From: a virus
Lineage: Duplodnaviria; Caudoviricetes
Reading direction: 5' to 3' (one strand)
Virus record (IMG/VR): IMGVR_UViG_3300048599_000179
Location: 1 to 52,126 of that record
DNA length: 52,126 nt
Both the position numbers and the translations under genes were made by a program. This document shows, in pieces, positions 1 through 8,185 of the stretch. The notes below the pieces were generated by a model. It made no database searches and had not been told where the DNA came from. It saw only the letters and a list, made by a program, of their open reading frames with translations. The number at the start of each line of letters is the position of its first letter. The stretch's first letter is position 1.

Positions 1-394
1 CTGCCTGCCGAGCGTCTGCTTCTGCTTTTTCGGCACGTGCGCGTTCTGCGTCACGAGCCTCGCGGATCTCCCTCATTCGCCACGACGGGATCTTGCCGTC
101 ATCATCCTCCCTTGCGGGGGGCTGCTGCGCGGGTGCCGGGTCCTGGGCTGCGGCTTCGACAGGGGTTTCCTGCTTCGGCGGCTCGGCCTCTACCGGCTGA
201 TCCTGCGTGTCCGAGCCTTTGGCCTTGAACCGGCCAAACTCGTCACGCTCCCGTGTGGCTTTATCCGGCTCTGACGCTGCCGGATCGCTTGCCTCGTCAT
301 CCGGTTCCGCGTCGAACTTCGGCGCATCCCCAGACAACATCTCCGAGAACAACTCGTCCTCGTCGCCAATACCGTCTTGTTCGTGGTTGGCCAT
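1..394 (-). CDS. Capsid scaffolding protein, 5' part (runs off the window)
   Basis: Not in the ORF track. ATG at 394 follows AAGGACGGGAAGG and reads MANHEQDGIGDEDELFSEMLSGD...RERDEFGRFKAK...KIPSWRMREIREARDAERARAEK. An acidic N-terminus, an RD.xGRF motif and an IP.wR..E coiled coil directly downstream of the portal gene are typical of scaffold genes. Confidence 0.75.
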   Translation of the reverse strand, partial: MANHEQDGIGDEDELFSEMLSGDAPKFDAEPDDEASDPAASEPDKATRERDEFGRFKAKGSDTQDQPVEAEPPKQETPVEAAAQDPAPAQQPPAREDDDGKIPSWRMREIREARDAERARAEKAEADARQA

Positions 395-488
395 AGCCTT
401 CCCGTCCTTTCGCTATCTCGTTGCGAATTTCACGAATGCACCCCTATCGCCGGGCGCTGGCGGGCCGTGTTTCGTCCGTGCCTCAACG

Positions 489-516
489 CAAAAAGCCGAG
501 CGCTAAGGCCCGGCTT
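489..516 (-). terminator. Intrinsic terminator-like hairpin between portal and scaffold
   Basis: Minus strand reads AAGCCGGGC-CTTAGC-GCTCGGCTT-TTT. Confidence 0.45.
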
Positions 517-792
517 CGAAGTGTGTGCGCCCTCTATCGCGGGGAGCGGTGCGGAGCGGGTTCAAGGCACCCGCAGAGCCTTGTCGTCATATCGCAGACG
601 ACGGGCGATCTACTTTGCGTTCAGAGCACGCAGCGCTTCGCTTAAGCGGCGTCTGGTCTCTGCGTGCTGAGTGCGCTCAAGTCGGATCAACTCCTGCGCC
701 GCCTCCGACACCTGCAAGTCGTAATCGTCTCGACGGTCTTTGTTTTCATGTTAATCCCCTTGCGCTTCTATCGCGAGCGCGGGCGGAACCTG

Positions 793-2760
793 TTAAAACC
801 CAAACGACCCCTGCATAGGCGGCTGCGCCTGCGGAGGCGGCATCGCGGCCTGCATCTCGATCATGCGACTGAAGTCTAGCGGCGCTCCGCTGCCACCCAT
901 CGGCATGGGATTGCCACTCATGGCAGGCGATGGCACCGCTCCGCCACCCGATGGCAGTCGCGGCGCTTGGGGCGCTGGCTGTTCCATTCCAGGAAGACCC
1001 GTCATACCGCCCATGCCAAGCGGAGATTCCGAGATCGTCTTGACCGCGTCGGCCGTGCTCTTGAACGTGTCGGCCTTGACCTTGCCGGTCTTCGCCTGCT
1101 CCTGTTCGAGCGCAACCTGCTTCGCCTGCTGCTCCATAGGATCGGGCTGCTGGGCCTGCTCCATGCGCTCCTTGAGCCGCTTCTTGATGTCCTGGCGGAT
1201 CGGAAGCAGGTCAACGAGAATATCGGGCGGGATCGGCATGCCAGCCGCGAGCGCGCTCTGAAGCGTCTCAAGGGCCTCTGCCAAGGTGGTGACGACGTCC
1301 CCGCTCTCATCCAGCGTGATATCCACATCGAGAGAGCCGAGCGCGTTGACCAGTGCCGGGCGGCCGTACTGATCTACGGTGAGCCCGTTCAATTGGATGA
1401 ACTGGATAAGCCCCTCAGAATCCGTGACGCGAATCCACCGCTCGGACTGCCAATGACGCTGGATGCCGTTCCACATCTTCCGGTAAACGCGGAACTTCCA
1501 ATCCCGGTAGGCGAGAATGAATGGCCCCAGCTCGGCCAGTCCTGCTTGTTGCAGGAGAGCAATCGCACGACCGGATTTGCCCGCATCACCCTGGCCGAGC
1601 TGAGTTGCATTGGGTCCGAACCGGTCAAGCTCCGTTTTGGCTTCCTGATAGAGGGCGAGTTGACCCTGGAAATCCTGGGACTGGTCATCGACCTTGATGT
1701 CTCGGCCGATCTCCGCGTTTTCGTTGACCACCACGACGCCATCGGCACGCGCCCATTCCTTGCGTGCACGCTCCACGTCCTTGACGGCGCTCTTCTTCAG
1801 GATCAAGCGGCGCGAGTTTGAGATGTGGAGCATTCGGCTCTTGCGCTGGTTGACCTCGTCCTGTGCGGACTTGAGATTTCGCAGGAACCCGTATCGGTCG
1901 CCCTCATGGTCAACCGCCGCCGAGTACATCTCGAACTTGTGTGTGGTCTTGCCCTTCTCGTCGATCCAGGGCGAGACGCCTTCAGCGAGTTTCAGGTTGC
2001 CGATGTGAAAGCACCACTTCCACTTTCCCTTGCAGTAGTACCAGTGATCGACGGCGCGGACCATCTGTTCGGAAGAGTTGGTCCAGACGATCTCACGGTC
2101 AGAGCCGGTCTCAAAATCAGCACCAGAGTCAGAAACAGAATCGATCTCGTCCGCCTTGTCGGGGAACATATCCTTGATGACTTCCCGATCCACCCATTTG
2201 GTGGTGCCGAGGAACAGTGCGTCGGAGAAGTCAGCCTCGTAAGAGCGCGGATCGTAAAAGAACGTATCTGGCTGCACCGTAGCAAGGCCAACCTCTGGAT
2301 CCCCCATGTCGCCCTGCTCGAGGTCGAATTCTACTCCGCCGATGCCGTCAACCGCGCCACAGCGGGAGGCGAAAGGCTGGATAGAATCCCAATGCTGGGA
2401 GTTCATGGCGTAGCGGAGCGTTTCGGTTCCAAGGTCCGCCCCGTCCGCGTGCTGGGGCGTGTTCGGCATGGCCTTCGGGTCTTGCTTCAGTCGCTCGAGA
2501 ACGCCGACGATGGCGTTGACCTTGCGGGCGTATTCGTTGGTGGTCGTGACGGGTTGACCGCGGTCACGAATGGCCTTCATCTGTTCACGCGTCCACTGCA
2601 CGCAGTGGAAGTACCGTCGAGATTCCTTCTGCTCCTCGATCTCGTTGGCCTTCTGGAACAGGTAGTCCTGGAACTGCTTACGCAGCCGGGCGAGGGAGTA
2701 ATAGACCTCCTGCCCGTCGTCTCCTGTCCGGCCGTAGCCTTCAGTGGTTTGCGTCTGCAT
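793..2760 (-). CDS. Portal protein (P22-like podovirus type)
   Basis: 655 aa directly after TerL. Contains QWT..Q...RGQP..T.N, F.YDP.S...DFSDA and Q.E.N.R.S motifs and a Q/P/M-rich tail. Confidence 0.9.
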   Translation of the reverse strand: MQTQTTEGYGRTGDDGQEVYYSLARLRKQFQDYLFQKANEIEEQKESRRYFHCVQWTREQMKAIRDRGQPVTTTNEYARKVNAIVGVLERLKQDPKAMPNTPQHADGADLGTETLRYAMNSQHWDSIQPFASRCGAVDGIGGVEFDLEQGDMGDPEVGLATVQPDTFFYDPRSYEADFSDALFLGTTKWVDREVIKDMFPDKADEIDSVSDSGADFETGSDREIVWTNSSEQMVRAVDHWYYCKGKWKWCFHIGNLKLAEGVSPWIDEKGKTTHKFEMYSAAVDHEGDRYGFLRNLKSAQDEVNQRKSRMLHISNSRRLILKKSAVKDVERARKEWARADGVVVVNENAEIGRDIKVDDQSQDFQGQLALYQEAKTELDRFGPNATQLGQGDAGKSGRAIALLQQAGLAELGPFILAYRDWKFRVYRKMWNGIQRHWQSERWIRVTDSEGLIQFIQLNGLTVDQYGRPALVNALGSLDVDITLDESGDVVTTLAEALETLQSALAAGMPIPPDILVDLLPIRQDIKKRLKERMEQAQQPDPMEQQAKQVALEQEQAKTGKVKADTFKSTADAVKTISESPLGMGGMTGLPGMEQPAPQAPRLPSGGGAVPSPAMSGNPMPMGGSGAPLDFSRMIEMQAAMPPPQAQPPMQGSFGF

Positions 2761-2766
2761 GGGTTC

Positions 2767-4314
2767 CTAGATGGTCAAAACGCCGTCGTCGCTGTCGCGA
2801 GAGTAGGCGGGTTTGTAATCATCGCGCTTTGTCTTCTCCGATGCCGGGTCTGGTCTGTCACCCGCCATGATCTTGTCTAGTAACTGTCCGATCAGTCCCA
2901 GAGCGTCGGCCTGGTCATCGTGCTTGCCGGACCAGCACGACATAAGCTCCGACCGGAAGGCGGAGAACCAGGGCGCGTGGATAGGGACATAGAGCCCATT
3001 GAGCGCCATGCGGCCTCGAATGGATTGAGCGCGGATCGCCTTGTCGCCCTTGGTCGGGAACGTGGTGCGCTTGACCCAGGCTTGGCGGTCACGCTGTCTG
3101 CGATCGAGAAACGGCCCGACGCCGCCCTTGATCTGTCCCTGTTCCTCCGCCCACTCTATGGGCTTCCACTGGTTCACGAGATCGCAAAAGGCTTCAACCC
3201 ATTCGTCCGAGGATGCCTGCTTGCGCCAGAGGTCCAGCACGTACATTCGTTCTTCCGGGTCAACACCGACGACGATGTGAACCGTATAGTCTCCGCCGTC
3301 CGCCGTGACCGCGTAGTCTGATCCGCCGTAGACTCTGAGCGTTTCGAGCGCCGGCAGCCTATCGTAAGGCTTCAGCCATTCGGCTTTGAAATAATCGCCT
3401 TCCTCAGCCGTGGGGCGCTGCTGATAGAGGGCTGACCAATCTCTAGCACCGATTGCTCTCTTGATCTTTTCCAGACGGGCAAGAGGATACTTGCTAGGCC
3501 AGAGCGCCTTGCCGTCTTCGCTGACAGCTGGAAGCTCAAGCACGTCCCAATGGTCGCCACCGGCCTGCATCTCCTCAAGAAGCCAGCCTGCAAGGTCCGC
3601 TTCGTGCCATCTTGTCTGAATGACGACAAGCGAGCCCTCGAACGGCTTTGCATCGCCGGTCTCGATCTGCCGATAGAAGTCGGCCCAAATTGCGTCGTCT
3701 TCGGTTAGCTGCCCTTCCTCTATCAGATCATTTTCGAGGCGGGTGTAGGCCGTTGACGTGTACCAGCGCCGGACCTTCTCCCGGTTAACTTCGCTGTCAG
3801 CCTCGACGCGATCCTTGAATGGGTCATCGATTAGAAAGACGTGTGCACCACGGCCTGTGACCGCCGTTCCAACACCAGCCGCAACATAGACCCCACCCTT
3901 GTCAGTGTGCCACCGGTTGGCGGCATGGCTGTCTTCCCTGAGATCAACACCGAAAAGCGTGCGATACTCTGGACTTCCGACAAGGTTGCGAACATCCCGG
4001 CCAAAGTCCGAAGCAAGGTCGCTATTGTAGCTCGCCGCGATGACCGAGCGCTCCGGGTTGCGGCCGAGGAACCACGCCGGGAACCGCCTTGACGCCAGCT
4101 CGGACTTTCCATGCCGAGGCGGCATGAAGATCATAAGCCGTTGGCATTCACCGCGCTCGACTGCCTCCAGCTTCTCGGCAATCAGTCTGTGGTGTGGTGC
4201 TGGCCTGTAGCCGTGAAACGTGTAGCGCGTGAAATCAATGAGCGACTTTCGAGCCGCCCGCCGCCGCAATAGCTCGCGGGCTGCCTGAGAGGGCGATATT
4301 TGCGAGTTCGTCAT
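2767..4314 (-). CDS. terL: Terminase large subunit
   Basis: Walker A MPPRHGKS, TGRGA..FLIDDP Walker B, IQTRWH, WSALYQQRP, nuclease motifs SDYA and KHDDQADA. Confidence 0.95.
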   Translation of the reverse strand: MTNSQISPSQAARELLRRRAARKSLIDFTRYTFHGYRPAPHHRLIAEKLEAVERGECQRLMIFMPPRHGKSELASRRFPAWFLGRNPERSVIAASYNSDLASDFGRDVRNLVGSPEYRTLFGVDLREDSHAANRWHTDKGGVYVAAGVGTAVTGRGAHVFLIDDPFKDRVEADSEVNREKVRRWYTSTAYTRLENDLIEEGQLTEDDAIWADFYRQIETGDAKPFEGSLVVIQTRWHEADLAGWLLEEMQAGGDHWDVLELPAVSEDGKALWPSKYPLARLEKIKRAIGARDWSALYQQRPTAEEGDYFKAEWLKPYDRLPALETLRVYGGSDYAVTADGGDYTVHIVVGVDPEERMYVLDLWRKQASSDEWVEAFCDLVNQWKPIEWAEEQGQIKGGVGPFLDRRQRDRQAWVKRTTFPTKGDKAIRAQSIRGRMALNGLYVPIHAPWFSAFRSELMSCWSGKHDDQADALGLIGQLLDKIMAGDRPDPASEKTKRDDYKPAYSRDSDDGVLTI

Positions 4315-4759
4315 CCGTCAATGAGCCCACATCGCGGGTTTCGATAGGGCCTCCGTTCTTTCCGGTATGCTCCATCGCGGTCACATCGCGATATTCGTCG
4401 CGGAACCTGTTTTTCATCTGGAAGATGTATGCAGTCGCGTTGAAGCCTTGCCGTGCCATGTTGACCTGCCCCGCGTCTTCCCACCATGCAAGCGCCAGTT
4501 CTTGCGCGTTTTTTACGGCGACGGAAAACTCGGGGTGGATCTTGGTCCACTCGTTGAGCGTATCGCGATTGATGCCGAGACGAGCGGCGATATGCGCCTT
4601 GCTCTTTCCCTCAGCGCCGAGATTCAACACGATCTCGCAGAACTCAGGATCGTATATCGACGGGCGGCCACGCTTGGTCAGCGACACGAGCGACGGTGGG
4701 AGTTCAGCAAAAGGTTGCTGCTCCTTCCGTTTCTTCTTGCCACCCTCTTCTTCTGACAT
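4235..4759 (-). CDS. terS: Terminase small subunit
   Basis: GRPS.Y, an HTH (IAARLGINRDTLNEW...HPEF), IF.MKN and EHTG.NGGPI; lies upstream of and overlaps terL. Confidence 0.9.
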   Translation of the reverse strand: MSEEEGGKKKRKEQQPFAELPPSLVSLTKRGRPSIYDPEFCEIVLNLGAEGKSKAHIAARLGINRDTLNEWTKIHPEFSVAVKNAQELALAWWEDAGQVNMARQGFNATAYIFQMKNRFRDEYRDVTAMEHTGKNGGPIETRDVGSLTDDELANIALSGSPRAIAAAGGSKVAH

Positions 4760-4784
4760 GATCGAATGGTGTTCCTATGTAGAC

Positions 4785-5356
4785 GACTTGTGGCGCCGGA
4801 CTGCGATCCAGCCGAATCCGATCTCGACCCACAATGAGGCCCATGTGATTTCCTAAGAAAGACGGGACGGCCCCGTGCGAGTAAGGCCGCCCCGCCTCTG
4901 TGGGCGCGTAGAGCTGACGCTGCGGTTCAGCTCTTAGTCCTCGATATGACAAACCGCCTAGGGCGGGCCTCGGTGTTGGTGGCGATAGGTGTTGGGCACC
5001 AACACACGGGGATCGAGGACAGGGAGGTAAGCCATGCAGGGCCTCCATTGTAATCAACGCGCGCACTGGCGAAGCCTGCTGCAGTCAGGCTATCTGGAGC
5101 GGGGGCACTTAGCATTCCACGCGACCGAGGTGCGGCATACGATCCGCAGCGACCGTGAGGACATCACACCCCCGCATTAACAAGTTCCGGCCGGAGCCTC
5201 GCCAATAAGCTCCGTTGCATTCGTGTCAAAGCTGTCGAGCTAGGCGATTGGACGGCCAGAAATGGATAGGGCGCCGGGAAGGTTTGCGGCTTATCTGTCC
5301 GCTCCTTTCGGCGCCCAGAGACGCGGATCGCTCGGAAAGCGAGAGCCGCAAACCCC
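4785..5356 (-). ncRNA. Putative large structured RNA / late-operon leader
   Basis: No convincing CDS. Many nested stems: AGAGCTGA/TCAGCTCT, GTCCTCGAT/ATCGAGGAC, GTGTTGGTG/CACCAACAC, AGCCTG/CAGGCT, GCGGGGG/CCCCCGC, CGGAGC/GCTCCG, GGGCGCCG/CGGCGCCC, GGTTTGCGGCT/AGCCGCAAACC. Strand is inferred from the upstream promoter. Confidence 0.55.
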
Positions 5357-5358
5357 GT

Positions 5359-5399
5359 AGAAAAGGAAACGCCCGCAGCCTTTCTTTTGGCGCGGGCGG
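5359..5399 (-). terminator. Terminator-like hairpin just after the late promoter (tR'-like)
   Basis: Minus strand reads CGCCCGC-GCC-AAAAGAAA-GGC-T-GCGGGCG-TTTCCTTTT. Confidence 0.55.
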
Positions 5400-5416
5400 A
5401 AAAACTCAACGATAGG

Positions 5417-5445
5417 AAACTACGACGTATTCTCTCGAAACGCAA
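5417..5445 (-). promoter_or_regulatory. Putative late promoter (pR'-like)
   Basis: Minus strand TTGCGT-N17-TAGTTT, pointing into the structured leader and terS. Confidence 0.5.
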
Positions 5446-5484
5446 GAGCCTTTTAGAAAGTCAAGCAAAAATATTTGGCCGCGA

Positions 5485-5673
5485 TCATTTCAGGCTCCTC
5501 TTGCGGCCAACCTCTAGCCATTCTCGATACACCTCGGAAATAGTGACGCCGCGCTTTTTGGCTTCCGCCTCTGCGTCCGATCTTTGGCTACGGAATACTA
5601 GCATTTGCACGCGGTCCAAGGGCTCGTCGTACTTTTGCGGGCGACCGGGGCGCTTTGGTTCTGTGTCTTTCAT
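5485..5673 (-). CDS. Small DNA-binding protein (AT-hook-like KRPGRP plus ribbon-helix-helix-like region)
   Basis: MKDTEPKRPGRPQKY...VQMLVF...AEAKKRGVTISEVYREWL; divergent from 5769. Confidence 0.55.
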   Translation of the reverse strand: MKDTEPKRPGRPQKYDEPLDRVQMLVFRSQRSDAEAEAKKRGVTISEVYREWLEVGRKRSLK

Positions 5674-5680
5674 GTCACGA

Positions 5681-5743
5681 TAATTACACATCTAAAAAAT
5701 AATCGTCAAGACCCTTGCGTGGTAATTAGGTGTGTAATATATT
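5681..5743. promoter_or_regulatory. Divergent promoter region with an ATTACACA/TGTGTAAT inverted pair
   Basis: Plus strand TTGCGT(5715)-N17-TATATT(5738); a minus-strand TTGACG; AT-rich. Confidence 0.5.
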
Positions 5744-5768
5744 CAGATCATCAGCAACGGAGGATACC

Positions 5769-5963
5769 ATGACCACTCAAACCGACACCAACCAGCCCGT
5801 TTCGTTCGTAGTCATTTTCAAGCCGACTGGCGCTGTCGTCGCCACAGCAAAGAACCGGAAGCGTGCTCGCAACACGGTCGACCGGAAAGACAACGAATAC
5901 GGCTCCTACGCTCACCGCCTCATGGGCGTCACGGCAGACGGGCGTCTCGTGAACACCTTCTGA
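5769..5963 (+). CDS. Hypothetical protein (64 aa)
   Basis: GGAGGA RBS then MTTQTDTNQ...; followed by a GGGCTTCC-TTCG-GGGAGCCC hairpin. Confidence 0.65.
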   Translation: MTTQTDTNQPVSFVVIFKPTGAVVATAKNRKRARNTVDRKDNEYGSYAHRLMGVTADGRLVNTF

Positions 5964-6016
5964 CCCAGCGGTGCGGGCTTCCTTCGGGGAGCCCTGCCAA
6001 AATCTAGGAGGACCTT

Positions 6017-6112
6017 ATGCTCGATAATATTATTCGGATCCTATTTTTGACCGTCTTTTTATTCAGCGCCGTAGGATTTATTGGCACCGCGATCACCGCA
6101 ATTATTGGATGA
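6017..6112 (+). CDS. 31-aa hydrophobic single-TM peptide
   Basis: Not in the ORF track. Strong AGGAGG RBS; MLDNIIRILFLTVFLFSAVGFIGTAITAIIG*. Confidence 0.55.
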   Translation: MLDNIIRILFLTVFLFSAVGFIGTAITAIIG

Positions 6113-6265
6113 CGCAGCGTTCGGGGAATTGTGTGCAGCACACACAGTTCCTCTCGCCCTGCGCCAGCAGGCCGTACCGCGTAAACGCAAAAACCCCGGC
6201 GCGCCTTTTCTGAGGGGGAGCACCGGGGTCCATGTGGAAACCAACAGCGAGAAGGAAACCACTCT

Positions 6266-7336
6266 ATGAATTGTAAGGCACTCATGTGGGGCTGCATAGC
6301 CCTTGCAGTGGCGTGCTGGGCTGTTGTCACCGGTTTGTCGATCGAGAAGGTTCTGATCGACGGTGTCCAGTCCTGGACGCTGCTTCTTGCGATGCCCGTG
6401 TTCGTCGCGGCCGTCGCGTTTCTGTTGCACCAGAGCGTGGAGGACTTCCGGGAGCTTCGCGTCATTCGCGGCGCTGTCGGTCTCATGCTCGGGCTTCTCA
6501 CCTTCGGCGTGACGCTTCCCAACTCTGTCGGCTCTGCCGGCGGCGCAAAGGACGCGGCTGTCGCCCAGGCTCAGGCTTCTAACCGGGGGCTTGCCCTCGC
6601 AGAAGGAGCGCTGGTCAAAGCCGAGAACGACCTGAAGGATGCCAACGCTGGCGTCCTGAAGGAATGCGAAGGGGCTCCGGCTGTCATCCCGGAAGGGACG
6701 TGGCCGAAGTGCCAGTGGTGGCGCCGTCAGGTTGCCGCTCACACGCTGGCCGTCGCAGAGCACAGCAAGAGCGTTGTGTCGGCACCCGTCGAGAAGACGG
6801 CTCTGTCAGGCGACACCCGTATTGCATGGGCACTGTCTGCTGTCGGCAGCCGCCTTCCCGAGGCCTACCGCTTCACGGTGACCGACGCGGATGTCCAGAT
6901 GGCTCAGCCTATGTTCCCGCCTGTCGTAGGCGAGTTGCTGTGCGCATTCTTCGGGTTCATGGGACTGGAGTTCCGCAAGAAGTGGAAGGCTGCCGAGAGT
7001 GGCAACGAGACTGCCAACGCTGACAACTCCAGAAAAATCAATGATGGCAGCGCATGTCAGTCATCTGCCACTCATGCCACTCAACTGGCAGGCGTGTCAG
7101 ACACCGAACTTCAGCGCCTCCGGAGGTACTTCGAGACGAAGGCAGAGGAAGCCAGCGAACCGGACCCGACGAAGCCGAAGAAGAAGTCCAAGCGCCAGTC
7201 GCGCAAGGATCGCGTCGTCGCCAAGATCAGGGCACAGACCCTCGCAGGACACCGCCCGTCGTTTCGGCTTGTACAGTCCAGATATCGCCTGCCGGAGCGG
7301 ACCGCTTATCGGTATCTGCAACAGGCGATGAGCTAA
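6266..7336 (+). CDS. Multi-pass membrane protein with coiled coil and C-terminal HTH-like segment
   Basis: Three N-terminal TM stretches, a Cys-containing coiled region, a fourth TM, then basic KPKKKSKR and an HTH-like PSFRLVQSRYRLPERTAYRYL. Confidence 0.7.
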   Translation: MNCKALMWGCIALAVACWAVVTGLSIEKVLIDGVQSWTLLLAMPVFVAAVAFLLHQSVEDFRELRVIRGAVGLMLGLLTFGVTLPNSVGSAGGAKDAAVAQAQASNRGLALAEGALVKAENDLKDANAGVLKECEGAPAVIPEGTWPKCQWWRRQVAAHTLAVAEHSKSVVSAPVEKTALSGDTRIAWALSAVGSRLPEAYRFTVTDADVQMAQPMFPPVVGELLCAFFGFMGLEFRKKWKAAESGNETANADNSRKINDGSACQSSATHATQLAGVSDTELQRLRRYFETKAEEASEPDPTKPKKKSKRQSRKDRVVAKIRAQTLAGHRPSFRLVQSRYRLPERTAYRYLQQAMS

Positions 7337-7355
7337 AGCTAAGTTGCAACGAGCA

Positions 7356-7411
7356 ACTATCCGGGATTTCCGGATAGTTGGACCCCGGAGCCTCACCGCT
7401 CCGGGGTTCTT
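7356..7411. terminator. Tandem hairpins between convergent genes (bidirectional terminator-like)
   Basis: CAACTATCCGG-GATTT-CCGGATAGTTG and ACCCCGGAGC-CTCACC-GCTCCGGGGT. Confidence 0.55.
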
Positions 7412-7572
7412 GTGGGTCGACCGACTCACCCGGTTCGCACGCCTGGATTGACGAGCCGACGGCGTGAACGATTTGCCTTTGACGCACAAATCGCCCGAAA
7501 ACTTAAAGCGTGCCCAGCGCGGGCGCAGAGCAGGCGCCCCAAGCCAAATGAGTTCCTGCTTGAGCTATCCAT

Positions 7573-7594
7573 CGAAACGGGAATTCCCGTTTCG
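7573..7594. repeat. Perfect 22-bp palindrome
   Basis: CGAAACGGGAATTCCCGTTTCG equals its own reverse complement. Confidence 0.85.
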
Positions 7595-7742
7595 GAACAA
7601 ATTCAAGTGTTTAGATGTGGGTCCTTGTCGACGTGGTCTGGGAACGGGCTCGTATAGCTGCCCTGGAGCGCAACAAGGGCTCTCAGCTCGCCCTTCGCGC
7701 GCTCCCATTGCTGAATCAGAAACTCCGCCTTAGCCATTTCGG

Positions 7743-7919
7743 TCAGGTCCTCTCGGGTTTCTCCTCGCTCCCAGTCTTTGGGTTGAGCCAAACTTCCTCC
7801 CCGTCCTCTACGATCCTATGTAGCCTAGTAGGCCCCTGAAACACGATTGCGGGTTCTGGCCTTGGATCGAGAGCCCCGAGGATGCTTGCTGCTTCACGGG
7901 CGAGGAGGGCGTGGTTCAT
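7743..7919 (-). CDS. Hypothetical protein (58 aa)
   Basis: Not in the ORF track. ATGA overlap with the upstream gene; MNHALLAREAASILGALDPRPEP... Confidence 0.45.
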   Translation of the reverse strand: MNHALLAREAASILGALDPRPEPAIVFQGPTRLHRIVEDGEEVWLNPKTGSEEKPERT

Positions 7920-8185
7920 TCGCCCCCCCTCAGCATGGTTGCCGCCAAGATTAGAGCCGCGCGCACTGATCGCCTCTCTTGGGCGGTCATCTCACCCATG
8001 CGTAACAGTAACTCCGGCATGTTTTGAGCCAACCCTTCTATTCGGGTGGCGCACTTCTCACGCTCATCTATGCGCGTGAGTTCGTACATCGATAAGCACT
8101 CACCACCCTTCGGCCTCTCCACATCGACCAGAGCGCCGTCTTCACGAATGTCGCTGCTCATTCTGACGTGTTCTCCGTTGCTCAT
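7916..8185 (-). CDS. Hypothetical protein
   Basis: Coupled by an ATGA overlap to 8182..8859. Contains EREKCA and LLLRMGEMTAQE.R.V motifs common in small phage proteins. Start uncertain. Confidence 0.55.
   Translation of the reverse strand: MSNGEHVRMSSDIREDGALVDVERPKGGECLSMYELTRIDEREKCATRIEGLAQNMPELLLRMGEMTAQERRSVRAALILAATMLRGGE

Noticed and set aside
609-749. Possible small gene between portal and scaffold
   Set aside because: The ATG with an RBS gives only ~20 codons, and the longer protein-like frame has no start near that RBS. It may be a frameshifted remnant but cannot be supported.
967-2880. Long plus-strand ORFs (284 and 351 aa) opposite the portal gene, and similar ones such as 45571..46809
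   Set aside because: Antisense shadows of high-GC genes with no RBS or recognisable motifs.
3632-3736. Intein in TerL
   Set aside because: Too short and lacks the C/S start and HN end.
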